64,000 nucleotides of DNA from an uncultured Verrucomicrobia subdivision 3 bacterium (lineage in GTDB: Bacteria; Verrucomicrobiota; Verrucomicrobiia; Limisphaerales; UBA11358). Below, one piece after another: positions 1 to 9,732 of the stretch (positions are counted from its first letter, which is position 1; every line of letters starts with the position of its first letter). Position numbers and translations under genes: made by a program. The notes under the pieces were generated by a model. The model saw only the letters and a program-made list of their open reading frames with translations. It ran no database searches and was not told where the DNA came from. Where the stretch lies: contig CAIPKV010000059.1 of assembly GCA_903865745.1 (NCBI GenBank), positions 69,487 through 133,486 of the forward strand. Direction: 5' to 3'.

Positions 1-342
1 TAACCGAAAGGCAAAGTCTTTTCGAGTTGCCGCCTGCTTGAAAAAGTCTCGTTCGCCAAGCGTAATCAAGCCTGAAAGGCGATCCGGAAAAACCGAAAAA
101 TAGAACAGGCACATGGGGTTTAATTGGCTGGCAAGGATGCGTCCCTCAATCTCTCCAGCCAGCATGAATACTGTTCCAGCCGCCAGTTCTGTGCGAGATT
201 GCTCTTGTAGCCAGTAGCCGCTACCACTCCCGATTTGAAGTAAAGTCCAGCCAGTTAGGTTTGGCCGCCACTCTTTTCCGGCCGATAGAGAAAACTCCCT
301 AATCTCCAGATGCGGCTCATAAATGTAATCTGGTTTATTCAT
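1..342 (-). CDS. AraC-family regulator, N-terminal sensor part only (gene continues past the left edge)
   Basis: My own minus-strand translation from the ATG at 342 is open to position 1: MNKPDYIYEPHLEIREFSLSAGKEWRPNLTGWTLLQIGSGSGYWLQEQSRTELAAGTVFMLAGEIEGRILASQLNPM... It is collinear with the N-terminal half of the AraC-type ORF at 17275 (GWTCVRIATGVGYWMHGG...FVVASKPGMAVRASQLG). It is absent from the ORF track because no stop codon lies inside the window. Confidence 0.5.
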   Translation of the reverse strand, partial: MNKPDYIYEPHLEIREFSLSAGKEWRPNLTGWTLLQIGSGSGYWLQEQSRTELAAGTVFMLAGEIEGRILASQLNPMCLFYFSVFPDRLSGLITLGERDFFKQAATRKDFAFRL

Positions 343-971
343 GACGTAGATGTTTTTAAAAATGCACCTAGTTCATCCGCCTATGCAGATGTGTCTCCGG
401 CCGGCAGCCAGCCGGGTTTTTGTCCCATCTGGCAGCAAGAGTTATTCTTAAACCATAAAAAATAGTTAGGATTTGTTACAAACCGATGTCGGTTTGGCAA
501 CAGATGGGAAACTGTTTCGTAGGCTTTTCAACAGTTTTTTAGCCTGCGCCAATAAATTAAATCATTTTATAGTTTCACCCATCGCCAAAAATATGCGGCG
601 TGGTCTGTAGGTTTTTATGTCGAAATAGTTTGGTTAGAACTTTTTTGTCACCGGATTGTCACCATTCTGACAGGAGTTTGTAATATAGAATGCCCAGCCT
701 ATCCCGACGCAGAGTTTTTAGATGCATCCTGCCATTAACGGCAAGGAAGTGGTCGTAAACTTTAGTGCCTGGCCTTGTTGTAGGCTGGCTGTTTTTTAAC
801 AATACCGATTGCGAACGGACCGCCGGACAACAAATTATAGGCAACCATGAACATATTTACTTTGTTCACCAGCAAAGCCGCCTCAAGCCGCCAAGGCGTA
901 AAATCCGTGCGGCTGGCAAAGTGTGCTGTTTTGACTGATTTCTTGCTAGTCTGGCTGAGCATCGGGCTGGA

Positions 972-3401
972 TTGCAAATTTCCAGCCAAATGAGCCTGTT
1001 TAAATTCATGCCGACCGACAAATGCGGCCCACATTTCGGGGAGCGTGTTTGTTGGCTGATGATTTTCTGGCTGTTGTCGATTTGCTGTTGGGCAGCAAAT
1101 GGGAGGCTGTCCGCAGCAGACATCTCAAGCAATGCCGGTGTCATTAGCACTGACGCTACTTCACACAGTTTCAATGTCACCGCTTATTTAGTTGAAGGTA
1201 GCACCCTGCTCTCCTCAAACGATTTAGTCCCGCTGTTTACCAAATACACGGGCAATAATATCGGCATCGAAGACGTAGTAAACGTCGCCACCAGCTTGCA
1301 CTGGGAATTTTACAAGCGTGGGTATCCCCTCATGAGCGTCGCCATTGCCAAAGATCGAATTACCAACGGCATTGTTACGTTGAATGTTTTTCAAACGGCC
1401 ATTCCTCAGATTGTCGTGTCTGGTGAATGTTATCTCCGGTTTACTAATAGTCCTCCGACCGTGCCAGCTACCCCGGCAGAAATGGCTGCGGCGCGTGCCG
1501 CTTTAGCCCAACGGATGGCTGACCTGAGCGTCGAGGAGAAAACTGCCGAACTAAAGGCTAACGATACTCGGGTTCACGTAGCGTCCACGAATGCTGGTCC
1601 CCGATTTGCCGTTAACAAATACCTGATTGATGGCAATTCCATCCTGCCGCCGAAAGCCATGGCCACTGCCCTTACTAACATCGATGGAGCTTTCGGAACA
1701 AATGTTAGTTTTGATGGAATTATCACCGCTGCCACAGAACTTCAGCGGGCCTATCGGGAGCGCGGCTATGTAACGGTGTCGGTAACTGTGCCGCCCCAGA
1801 AGCTTACCAATGCCGTCGTAAAACTCGCGGTAACCGAAGGTCGTCTTGTCGTTATTACCGTCACTGGAAACCATTATTTTAGCTCCAACAATGTTATGCG
1901 CTCGCTGCCAAGTCTGCATACCAATGTGATTCTCGATGGCCCGGTGTTTCAGGCGGAACTAAACCGGGCTAATGCCAATCAAGACCGGCAAATCTATCCC
2001 GTCATCAGTCCCGGACCTGACCCCGGCACCAGCGCGCTCAACCTCAAGGTGAAGGACCAATTGCCAATTCACGGCAAATTAGAATTAAATAATCAAAGTT
2101 CGCCCGGCACACCTGTAATGCGGGTAAACGCATCTCTAGTGGATGACAACCTATGGCAGTTGGAGCATTCATTGGGCGTTCAGTATAGTTTTGCACCCGG
2201 TCAGTTTAAGCCGGGCGACTGGCCTTTTTACGATGTGCCAGCGGTGGCCAATTACAGCACGTTTTACCGCCTGCCGCTGGGTAACCCTGAGCCGATTGAA
2301 AATCTAATCGCAAATAAACCCGGAAATTTCGGTTACGATGAAGCCACCCACAAGTTTAACTTGCCGCCGCCGACCGGCCGGCCTGACCTGACCTTTTTTG
2401 CCAGCCGCTCGACCATTGATGACGGTGTAACGGTATTGTCCCAAACTACCCTTTATAACACCAACGGCAACAGCTTGGTTAATACCGTGGATCATCAAGA
2501 CACCACGGTTAATCAAGACTTTGGTACGCGCCTGAACTGGCCGCTACAGACTTCGGCTGATTTACAAACGACGCTCTCCGGGGGCTTGGATTTCAAGACC
2601 TACCGGTTGAGCAGTGCCCAGACTAACCTTTTTACGCTGACCAGTTCCGAGATTAATTACAACACCACCCCACCCTCAACTAACATTGTAGTTTCGACTG
2701 ACCGTTCCCCGGTTCCATTTACTGTAAAACGAATCCAATATCTTCCTTTGGCTGCCAGTTATAATCTCAACTGGCGCGACCCGCTGGGCACCGCCAGCCT
2801 TGGTCTGGGATTGAGTGCCAACGTCTGGTATTCTAGTTATGTGTCAAAATCGTCCAGTGTTACCAATATCAATACTTACGGCGAGAAGGCACTTCAAGAG
2901 ATCACGGGTTCCAAAGAGTCCACTGGTTATTGGGTAGCGTTGACGCCGGCCTTTTCCCACAACTTTCAGTTCTATACCAATTGGCCCACCTCCCTCCGGG
3001 CTGACGGCCAATGGGCTAGCGAACCGCTGATTAGCAACGAGCAATACGGCATCGGTGGTGTCAACAGCGTGCGCGGCTATCACGAAGGGGAGGCATTCGG
3101 CGATACCGGTTGGCATGTCTCGCTCGAACAGCAGACTCCGGCCCATGTCATCGGCATGGCCTACGGCAATACGCCGCTCACGGTTCGGGGCACGCTATTC
3201 ATGGATTATGGGGCCGCCTATTTGTTGGACCCCCAAGGTCGGCCAGACTGCGTTCAACTCTGGGGCACTGGAATGGGGATGACCGCCTCAGTCGGTGCGC
3301 ACTGGCAATCCCGCTTACTAGTTTCGCTGCCGTTGATTGGGACCAGTGCCACGCAACAAGATGAGCCATTTTTTAATTTTGTCCTGACCGCGCAGTTCTA
3401 A
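972..3401 (+). CDS. Two-partner-secretion outer-membrane transporter (TpsB, ShlB/FhaC/HecB family)
   Basis: It has several POTRA-like segments (FNVTAYLVEGSTLL.., FAVNKYLIDGNSILP.., RLVVITVTGNHYF). These are followed by a long beta-barrel ending ..FFNFVLTAQF with a terminal aromatic residue. It lies directly upstream of a TPS-domain exoprotein. The start is uncertain, with Met codons at 972, 990, 1008 and 1059. The last precedes a signal-like MIFWLLSICCWAANG. Confidence 0.8.
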   Translation: MQISSQMSLFKFMPTDKCGPHFGERVCWLMIFWLLSICCWAANGRLSAADISSNAGVISTDATSHSFNVTAYLVEGSTLLSSNDLVPLFTKYTGNNIGIEDVVNVATSLHWEFYKRGYPLMSVAIAKDRITNGIVTLNVFQTAIPQIVVSGECYLRFTNSPPTVPATPAEMAAARAALAQRMADLSVEEKTAELKANDTRVHVASTNAGPRFAVNKYLIDGNSILPPKAMATALTNIDGAFGTNVSFDGIITAATELQRAYRERGYVTVSVTVPPQKLTNAVVKLAVTEGRLVVITVTGNHYFSSNNVMRSLPSLHTNVILDGPVFQAELNRANANQDRQIYPVISPGPDPGTSALNLKVKDQLPIHGKLELNNQSSPGTPVMRVNASLVDDNLWQLEHSLGVQYSFAPGQFKPGDWPFYDVPAVANYSTFYRLPLGNPEPIENLIANKPGNFGYDEATHKFNLPPPTGRPDLTFFASRSTIDDGVTVLSQTTLYNTNGNSLVNTVDHQDTTVNQDFGTRLNWPLQTSADLQTTLSGGLDFKTYRLSSAQTNLFTLTSSEINYNTTPPSTNIVVSTDRSPVPFTVKRIQYLPLAASYNLNWRDPLGTASLGLGLSANVWYSSYVSKSSSVTNINTYGEKALQEITGSKESTGYWVALTPAFSHNFQFYTNWPTSLRADGQWASEPLISNEQYGIGGVNSVRGYHEGEAFGDTGWHVSLEQQTPAHVIGMAYGNTPLTVRGTLFMDYGAAYLLDPQGRPDCVQLWGTGMGMTASVGAHWQSRLLVSLPLIGTSATQQDEPFFNFVLTAQF

Positions 3402-3531
3402 TTTGGATTTAAAATGAACGGTAGATGGCAAAATGCTGAAGTCCTAATTTAGGATAATTTTGTCCGGCAAGTTGAAAGAAACTCTTGAATAATGTGTTAG
3501 AATCGATGCAAAAGTATTTAATGCCACGCTT

Positions 3532-6500
3532 ATGAAAAAGCTTTTTAAAAATCAGGTATACCAGATACCGGGTGCTGCCCTGCTCCTTTTGGCTGGGCTG
3601 GTTTGTCCGCCCCAGACGAGAGCCAATCCTGTCGGTGGTACGGTCGCCCAAGGCACCGCTTCGATTTCGTCGGCAGGCTCCCAGACGACGATTAATCAAT
3701 CATCCGCCAGCGCATTTATCAATTGGCAAAGCTTCAACATCGGAGCCGGCGAAACGACGACGTTCAATCAGCCTTCTGCCTCCTCGGTGACTTGGAATTA
3801 CATCAGTGACCCCAGCGCCTCCAGTATCAACGGAAATATTAATGCCAATGGGTACGTGGTGTTGCAAAACCCCAATGGTTTCACCATCGGCGGTGCGGCC
3901 ACCATTTCTGCCCATGGTTTGGTTATGACCACGGCTGCTACGCCCGCTCTGGATCTTTCCAGCGGGGGTGCCTGGTCTTTCAGTGCACCGCCGCCTACCG
4001 CCAAAATAATTAATTACGGACAGATTAACATCGCCGGTGGCGGCTCCGCCTATTTGATTGCCAACGACATCGAAAACAACGGCACGATTTCGGCACCGGG
4101 TGGAAAAATCGGCCTTTATGCCGGCAAAACCGTTTTAGTTTCCATGAGCCCGGATGGCCGCGGCTTGAGTGCCCAAGTGACGCTGCCTCAAGGCTCCGTT
4201 GATAATGAGGGCAATTTGGTTGCTGATGGCGGCAGCATTGCCGCTCAGGCCAAAATGGTGAATCAAAATGGACTGGTCCAAGCCAACTCCGTTCAAAACG
4301 TAAACGGAACCATCGAGCTCGTGGCAAGTGATTCGGTCAATCTGGGAGCCAAATCCGTAATTTCCGCGCAGGGTGACAGCCAGGGTTCGAGTGCGGGCGG
4401 AACAGTGACTATCAAGTCCGACACAAGTTTTTCTGATCAGGCTGGTTCCACTATCAATATTTCCGGCGGTGTTCAAGGCGGTAACGGCGGACAGGTTTCC
4501 ATCTGCGCGCCGTCGATGAATTCGGTACAATCAGTCATTAACGGTCAGGCGACGGCCGGATATCTGGGGGGGGCTTTAAGCATTGACCCGGCGAATATCT
4601 GGCTGGCTTCCTCGTCCAGCGATTCCAGTGCGCCGAGCGGCTACACAGTTATTGATGTTAATTCTTTTAGCGGCCTGTCGCTCATTAACCTCCTGGCGGA
4701 TAACAATATCACTTTAAACACCGTTTGGAATCTGGCCGATCAATCCGCCACCGCCAGCTTGAGCCTGACCGCTGGTAACAACATCACTCTGAATGACGGA
4801 TCGGCCATCAAAGCCGGTCAAGACTGGAATGTCAGTCTGACCGCCGGTACCGCAGTGACAATGAAATCTGAAATAACCGCCGGTAATGACGGCATATACC
4901 TCGACGGAAGTGCTTATCTCCAATCCCAGAATGGCAACTTGACCCTTTCGACTGCTAATGAAGTTATTGTCCAAAACGGTGCCATCCGGACCGTCGGTGG
5001 CGGCAATATTGATGTGACGGCGCAATACGGAGATGTGAACTCTGGCAATAACATCAACGGTTTTTCCTTTGGCCAGAGAAAGGCACCTTATTATATCGTA
5101 AATTCTGGTAATCTGGGCGGCATCAGCACAGCGGCTGGGGGCAATGTCAACATCACTGCCGGTGGAGATGTCATTAGCTTTTTACCCATTCAGAGTAATT
5201 ATGCCGCCGCTAAAAATGATGCGGGCACTGGTGCTTTTGGTTCCCAACCCGGTAATGTCACCATTACTGCCGGCGGCAACGTAATTGGCCATTACGTATT
5301 GGCCAATGGCGTGGGCAGCATCACGGCGGGCGGCAACATCGGCGCACCCCTCACTGACCCCAATCCTTCCGACGGTTTTGCCCTCAGCCTCATTTCGGGC
5401 AGTTGGAGCATCAAGGCCCCGCATGGCAGCATCTATGTGCAGGAAGTGCGGAATCCAAACGGGATTTTTGGGGAGCGATCCGCGAATTCTTCGCCGAACA
5501 ATTATGCGGGTTATCATTATTTTAATTATGACCCCAACGCCTCGGTGCAGTTTAATGCCGGTAATTCGGTTGAATTCACCGGCAACGACGCCCCGGACTC
5601 ACCGCCTTCCGGAGGTGGCCTAACCATTCCGATTTTGTATCCTCCGTCACTTTCGGTCATCACCGGTTCCGGCGATTTCATAATGGACACTTCCGTCATC
5701 CTCTTTTCTTCAGCCAATCAAAACTTAAATCTTAATATTGGCGGAAATTTTATGAGCGGCAATGGTGCTAATGCTGTTAGCTTGGAAATGTCCGACAGCG
5801 CCGCCGTTCGCTGGATTGCTGACTCAACCACCTTTGGAACAAGCGACCACGCAGCCAGCCCGCCGAATGTCAACAACCCTAACCCGGTTGATATTACGGT
5901 CGGTGGAAACGTGGATTATATCGATCTTTACACCACGCACGTAACGCATATGACCGTGGGCGGCGACTTGAATAATTCCGGTTTTGCGGGAGAAAACCTC
6001 CACGCCAGCGACATCACCACCATCAAAGTAAACGGTAAAATTTACAATAGCCCGATTTATACCTTTGCCAGTATCGGTAATAATACCATCGTGAGTGCCA
6101 ACCCCCAACAGCCTGGGCTGTGGGATTCGGTCTTTAATTTGGCGGTGGACCCAGCCTTGGTCTCGCAAATCACGAGTTTTGACGCCACCAAAAATAATCC
6201 CCAGATTGCTGCCAATGGACTGGCCTACTACATGAAACAAGCAGGTTATCTGCTTTTTCCCAGCGGGCTGGGTTCCAGCTCTCAATATGGCATCAATCCT
6301 GGCTTCCTATATGACCCTAGTTCCAAACAGTTGGCGTTTAGAGGCAATATGTCTAGCGTGCTGTCTGCTAGCCAGATTGCCGCTTTGGAGGGTGGCACGT
6401 TCACCGTTATCGTGGCAAATACCCAAGGCCAACCCATCTTGGATGCTAACGGCCACATCCAAGTAACCACCTATAAATTTGCTGGGCAAACGGCCATAGC

Positions 6501-7779
6501 CAAGTTGGATTCCGAAAGCGTAAACTCAACCTTAAATCAAGCCCTCGGTTTTTTGATTGGCGGTCCTGGCAATTTTAATATTTCGGCCGCTTCCTTAGAT
6601 TTAGGTTTTTCCCCTGGAATACTTTCGTTTGGCTTCGGTGGACCTTACTCGAGCCTGCAATCCGTGACAGGCACCCTTGCCTCAGGCGGGGCTGGCGTCA
6701 ATGTGATGGTGGGGGGCGATATCAATTTGGTTACCTCGGCGATTGCTTCGCTGGATGGTGGCAATGTGAACGTCAACGCCGGCGGTCAGATGGTTCTTAG
6801 CGAGGGCACCTTTAACTTTGCCAACAGCACCTGCTATGGCATCTACACTACCGGGCATAGTGATGTCAACGTGACTGCCGGTGGCGACATCGATGTAGGG
6901 GGCGGATGCATCGGAACCTTTAACGGCGGCAATGTCTTTGTTGAATCCTTTACTGGGTCGGTAAACGCTGGCAGCGGGGAAAACCGGGCCCTCTACGTAG
7001 AAGGTGCGTATCTTGATGCGAATGGCCAGCCAGCCTTCACGGAATACGGAAACCTTACGGATATTGAGGCCTTGAAATTAGATCCAGCCCCGTATGGCAG
7101 CGGTATTTTAGCAGAGTATCCTACCAAAAAATATCAGACTCCGGGCGGCAGTGGCCTGCCGGGCAATATTACGGTGATTACGCCTAAAGGTAATATTGTT
7201 TCCAGCCGTGGTGGTATTTCCCAATTCGCCTTAGATGGCAGTATCGCCGGTGGCCCAATCGTAAATTTAATTGCTGGCACGAAGGGCGTTACTGCTACTC
7301 CAGATCAGGGTAACATTATTCTGGGCGAGGGCGGGGTAGTCGGCGGTACCGTCAATCTTACCGCTTCCGGCAACATTCAAGGTTTAATCGTTTCCCGACA
7401 GAACGCCAATGTTTCCGCCCAGCAAAACGTCGGCATCACGTTGCTGTCCGGCGGCGACGCCAATGTTTCATCGGGTGGTACCACCTCCGGCACCATTGTC
7501 GGCATTGGGGCAGTGAATGTCGCTGGCGGCGGCGGGGTGACGGCGTCATTGCTCGGCCAGAATGTTTCGGCGAATGGTGCGTCCCTCGGCAGCACCTTGG
7601 GCACCAGTTCCGGCGCCACGGCTTCCAGCCAGGCGGCCGCGCAACAATCGAGCCAGGCGAGCACACAGCAGGATACCACCGGCAATTCTGACGATGATAG
7701 TAAGAAGAAAAAGAAACCGGCCCTCCACAAGATAAGCCGGGTCACGGTCCTCCTCTCTTCAGCAGTGCCAGCGCACTAA
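3532..7779 (+). CDS. Two-partner-secretion exoprotein (TpsA, filamentous-haemagglutinin type)
   Basis: It has a signal peptide (..LLLLAGLVCPPQTRA) followed by a TPS/haemagglutination-activity domain: NPVGGTVAQGTASISSAGSQTTINQSSASAFINWQSFNIGAGETTTFNQP...GNINANGYVVLQNPNGFTIGG (NPNG motif). The body is more than 1000 aa of G/N/S/T-rich beta-helix-type repeats (GGNVNVTAGGD, GGNIDVTA). The tail is S/Q-rich and ends in KKKKKP. Confidence 0.85.
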   Translation: MKKLFKNQVYQIPGAALLLLAGLVCPPQTRANPVGGTVAQGTASISSAGSQTTINQSSASAFINWQSFNIGAGETTTFNQPSASSVTWNYISDPSASSINGNINANGYVVLQNPNGFTIGGAATISAHGLVMTTAATPALDLSSGGAWSFSAPPPTAKIINYGQINIAGGGSAYLIANDIENNGTISAPGGKIGLYAGKTVLVSMSPDGRGLSAQVTLPQGSVDNEGNLVADGGSIAAQAKMVNQNGLVQANSVQNVNGTIELVASDSVNLGAKSVISAQGDSQGSSAGGTVTIKSDTSFSDQAGSTINISGGVQGGNGGQVSICAPSMNSVQSVINGQATAGYLGGALSIDPANIWLASSSSDSSAPSGYTVIDVNSFSGLSLINLLADNNITLNTVWNLADQSATASLSLTAGNNITLNDGSAIKAGQDWNVSLTAGTAVTMKSEITAGNDGIYLDGSAYLQSQNGNLTLSTANEVIVQNGAIRTVGGGNIDVTAQYGDVNSGNNINGFSFGQRKAPYYIVNSGNLGGISTAAGGNVNITAGGDVISFLPIQSNYAAAKNDAGTGAFGSQPGNVTITAGGNVIGHYVLANGVGSITAGGNIGAPLTDPNPSDGFALSLISGSWSIKAPHGSIYVQEVRNPNGIFGERSANSSPNNYAGYHYFNYDPNASVQFNAGNSVEFTGNDAPDSPPSGGGLTIPILYPPSLSVITGSGDFIMDTSVILFSSANQNLNLNIGGNFMSGNGANAVSLEMSDSAAVRWIADSTTFGTSDHAASPPNVNNPNPVDITVGGNVDYIDLYTTHVTHMTVGGDLNNSGFAGENLHASDITTIKVNGKIYNSPIYTFASIGNNTIVSANPQQPGLWDSVFNLAVDPALVSQITSFDATKNNPQIAANGLAYYMKQAGYLLFPSGLGSSSQYGINPGFLYDPSSKQLAFRGNMSSVLSASQIAALEGGTFTVIVANTQGQPILDANGHIQVTTYKFAGQTAIAKLDSESVNSTLNQALGFLIGGPGNFNISAASLDLGFSPGILSFGFGGPYSSLQSVTGTLASGGAGVNVMVGGDINLVTSAIASLDGGNVNVNAGGQMVLSEGTFNFANSTCYGIYTTGHSDVNVTAGGDIDVGGGCIGTFNGGNVFVESFTGSVNAGSGENRALYVEGAYLDANGQPAFTEYGNLTDIEALKLDPAPYGSGILAEYPTKKYQTPGGSGLPGNITVITPKGNIVSSRGGISQFALDGSIAGGPIVNLIAGTKGVTATPDQGNIILGEGGVVGGTVNLTASGNIQGLIVSRQNANVSAQQNVGITLLSGGDANVSSGGTTSGTIVGIGAVNVAGGGGVTASLLGQNVSANGASLGSTLGTSSGATASSQAAAQQSSQASTQQDTTGNSDDDSKKKKKPALHKISRVTVLLSSAVPAH

Positions 7780-7979
7780 GCGGCGTCAGCTGCGGATAAA
7801 AATTAGCGCCAACATTCCTTGGCTGATTTGTTTTTTAACCGTCCAGTCGTCTTGGCCGATCAGGACTGAATCCGGACAATGGAAAAGACGGAACCGGGTT
7901 TTTAATTCCCTGTCTCCGGCTTTTCTTGTTTGAATTTTACTTAGCGAGCTTAGCGAGCTTGGCGTCTTGGTGGTTAATT

Positions 7980-8597
7980 CTACGTGCTCATGTGGCTGAC
8001 TGACTCGCTCCATTCGCTGCGCTGGTTGCCCACGCCCAATACGCGGATGCGGATGCCATATAACTGGCCGGGCACGAGGCCTGCCAGCACGATATTATGC
8101 GGGTCGGTGAAGTTTTCCCAATGGCCCCAAACGCCTGCCACCGTGCTGATTTCCACTTGATACGTCCACGCCTCCGGGTCGATTACCACCGTGAGACCGA
8201 GCTTGGTGGAGGCCACGTTGGCGATGGCGGTGATGGAGGAACCCGTGACAATCGACGCATTATGGGTCAGGTTGGCAAGCTCGAAGCCGGAGGAGAGAAT
8301 GGTTTCCGCATCATTCTGGGCAATGTTTTCGACATAGTTGGCTTGCGTATCCATTTGCCCGATGACCAGCGCTTCGAGGATGTGCTTGTGCTCCGTATCG
8401 GCCATGGTGCCTTGCTCCGTTTTCACCGTGGCGGCAATCAGGTCTTTAGCCGTGGTATCCATCAGCGCCGGGTCTACGTCCGGCTTGATGAATTTGATGT
8501 TGCCGTTCATTTTGCCACTCACCGCCAGGGATTTGTTGGCGAGCGGTGCGCCCGTGAGCAGCCGATACGCGCGTTTGATTTTGTTTTTAGTTTTCAT
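7980..8597 (-). CDS. Small protein with helical N-domain and C-terminal FN3-like domain (family member P1)
   Basis: This 205-aa ORF has a C-terminus with an FN3 signature: WTYQVEISTVAGVWGHWENFTDPHNIVLAGLVPGQLYGIRIRVLGVGNQRSEWSESV. It has the same length and architecture as the ORF at 32232-32852 (..FSGLIPGQIYCVQVSVAGTAGTSDWSAW..). The antisense 197-aa ORF at 8097-8690 has no recognisable features. Confidence 0.6.
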   Translation of the reverse strand: MKTKNKIKRAYRLLTGAPLANKSLAVSGKMNGNIKFIKPDVDPALMDTTAKDLIAATVKTEQGTMADTEHKHILEALVIGQMDTQANYVENIAQNDAETILSSGFELANLTHNASIVTGSSITAIANVASTKLGLTVVIDPEAWTYQVEISTVAGVWGHWENFTDPHNIVLAGLVPGQLYGIRIRVLGVGNQRSEWSESVSHMST

Positions 8598-8719
8598 AAT
8601 CAGAAGTTTCCCGTCGTCTACTCAATGAACGTTCCGGCGAAACCCCCGATGCGAGCGCGTTGGATTGTTAATTGCTACCTACTGTGTTAACAGTCTGCAA
8701 CCCCACGTCAATGGCAATC

Positions 8720-9120
8720 ACGACCTTTCGGGCAGATATATTTTATGCCAGGCGGAATGAAATTGACGATGCTTCCAGCCAAGTTGACTGCAAGCGCAGT
8801 GACTTGACCGATTAGCGCGGCCACAAAACCTGCCAGCCACGGCAGATTTACCGCCGTCGGCATGACGGCGACGACAGTCGGTGCCACGTTTACTACTCCC
8901 GGCATGGCGATGACTGTAGTCGGCATGACAAACCTTACAGTGTTCGTGACGAACCCTGTAGTCGGGATGACAAACCAAATCTTCGGCAAGGCAAACTCAA
9001 CAGTGAACGGTGGCAAACACTATCTTCGGGATGACAAACCTTACAGTGTTCGTGGCATCGCTTACAGTCGGCGTGGCAAACCCTGCAGTGTTTGTGGCCC
9101 CCAAACGGGCAAAAAGTGGC
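8720..9120 (-). repeat. Array 1: about 19 degenerate tandem units of 21 bp (two units are 22 bp)
   Basis: On the minus strand, units begin GCCAC/GTCAT at 9120, 9098, 9077, 9056, 9035, 9014, 8992, 8971, 8950, 8929, 8908, 8887 and 8866, and continue in register to about 8720. The consensus is GYCAYGMMGACTGTAAGGTTT. The units at 9056 and 8950 match at 20 of 21 positions. Confidence 0.85.
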
Positions 9121-9732
9121 TTTTTCGTCATAAAAACGCATAAAACCCTGAAATTTGCTCTTTTCTCGCTGGCAGATGGTCAAATAGCGACAGTTGCAGC
9201 CGGGGGAATTTAACGCCAAGGCGCGAAGACGCCAAGACGCGGGATGACAGGTGGAGCGAGACCGGCCAATTGGTTCTGGCGAATCCTGAAAAGATCAAAT
9301 TACCAGCCCAAGCTTGTCCGGCTTGCGCAGCCTTGGGTATGAACACTGCGATTCTTTCTACCTAGAATGAATTTTATGATTCAAACAAATCAATTCCGTA
9401 TTCTCTGTGGTTGCCACAGTAGATTTTAGTTTCAGCAATCGAAACCACTGCCAGCTAAGTGGAAAACCCCGATTCGACAACAAAATCTAAAAACGTTCAA
9501 AGTGAACTTTTGGTGACAAAGCCAGAAGTGGACCTTCATTTTAGAATGAAATATTTATAAAATACATAAATTCAATATTTTACAATATATTTTAACGCGT
9601 CATAAAATCGGCGCAGCATGTCCTAAGACATGAAGTTTTTGTTTCGCTAGTCTGTTAGAGTGTTCGGACTTGAAGCCCCACTTGGGTGGGTCAAGCTACG
9701 TAGAAAACCAAAAACCGGAACAAAAAATAAAA

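Noticed and set aside
8720-9120. The four arrays as CRISPR arrays.
   Set aside because: Units are contiguous and 21 bp long, with no interspersed unique spacers. Repeats are degenerate rather than near-identical. No cas genes occur anywhere in the window.
8850-9120. The TGGCA/GTGGCA cores of arrays 1 and 2 as sigma-54 (-24/-12) promoters.
   Set aside because: None of the copies I checked has the required TGGCAC-N5-TTGC spacing (for example TGGCATCGCTTACAG and TGGCAAACACTATCT). No enhancer-binding-protein gene is adjacent.
8718-9219. Two minus-strand frames across array 1 read as CxxCH heptads (HKHCRVCHADCKRCHEHCKVCHPEDSVCH, and HEHCKVCHADY in the next frame). This superficially resembles a dense multihaem c-type cytochrome motif.
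   Set aside because: The motif falls out of the repeated DNA core TGCCAC...TGT. The reading is split by the same 1-nt frame break. There is no signal peptide. The homologous frame in array 2 hits stops within about 20 codons (..CHRSQPRCQLAKQIRHLT-stop). It is therefore not a conserved coding property.
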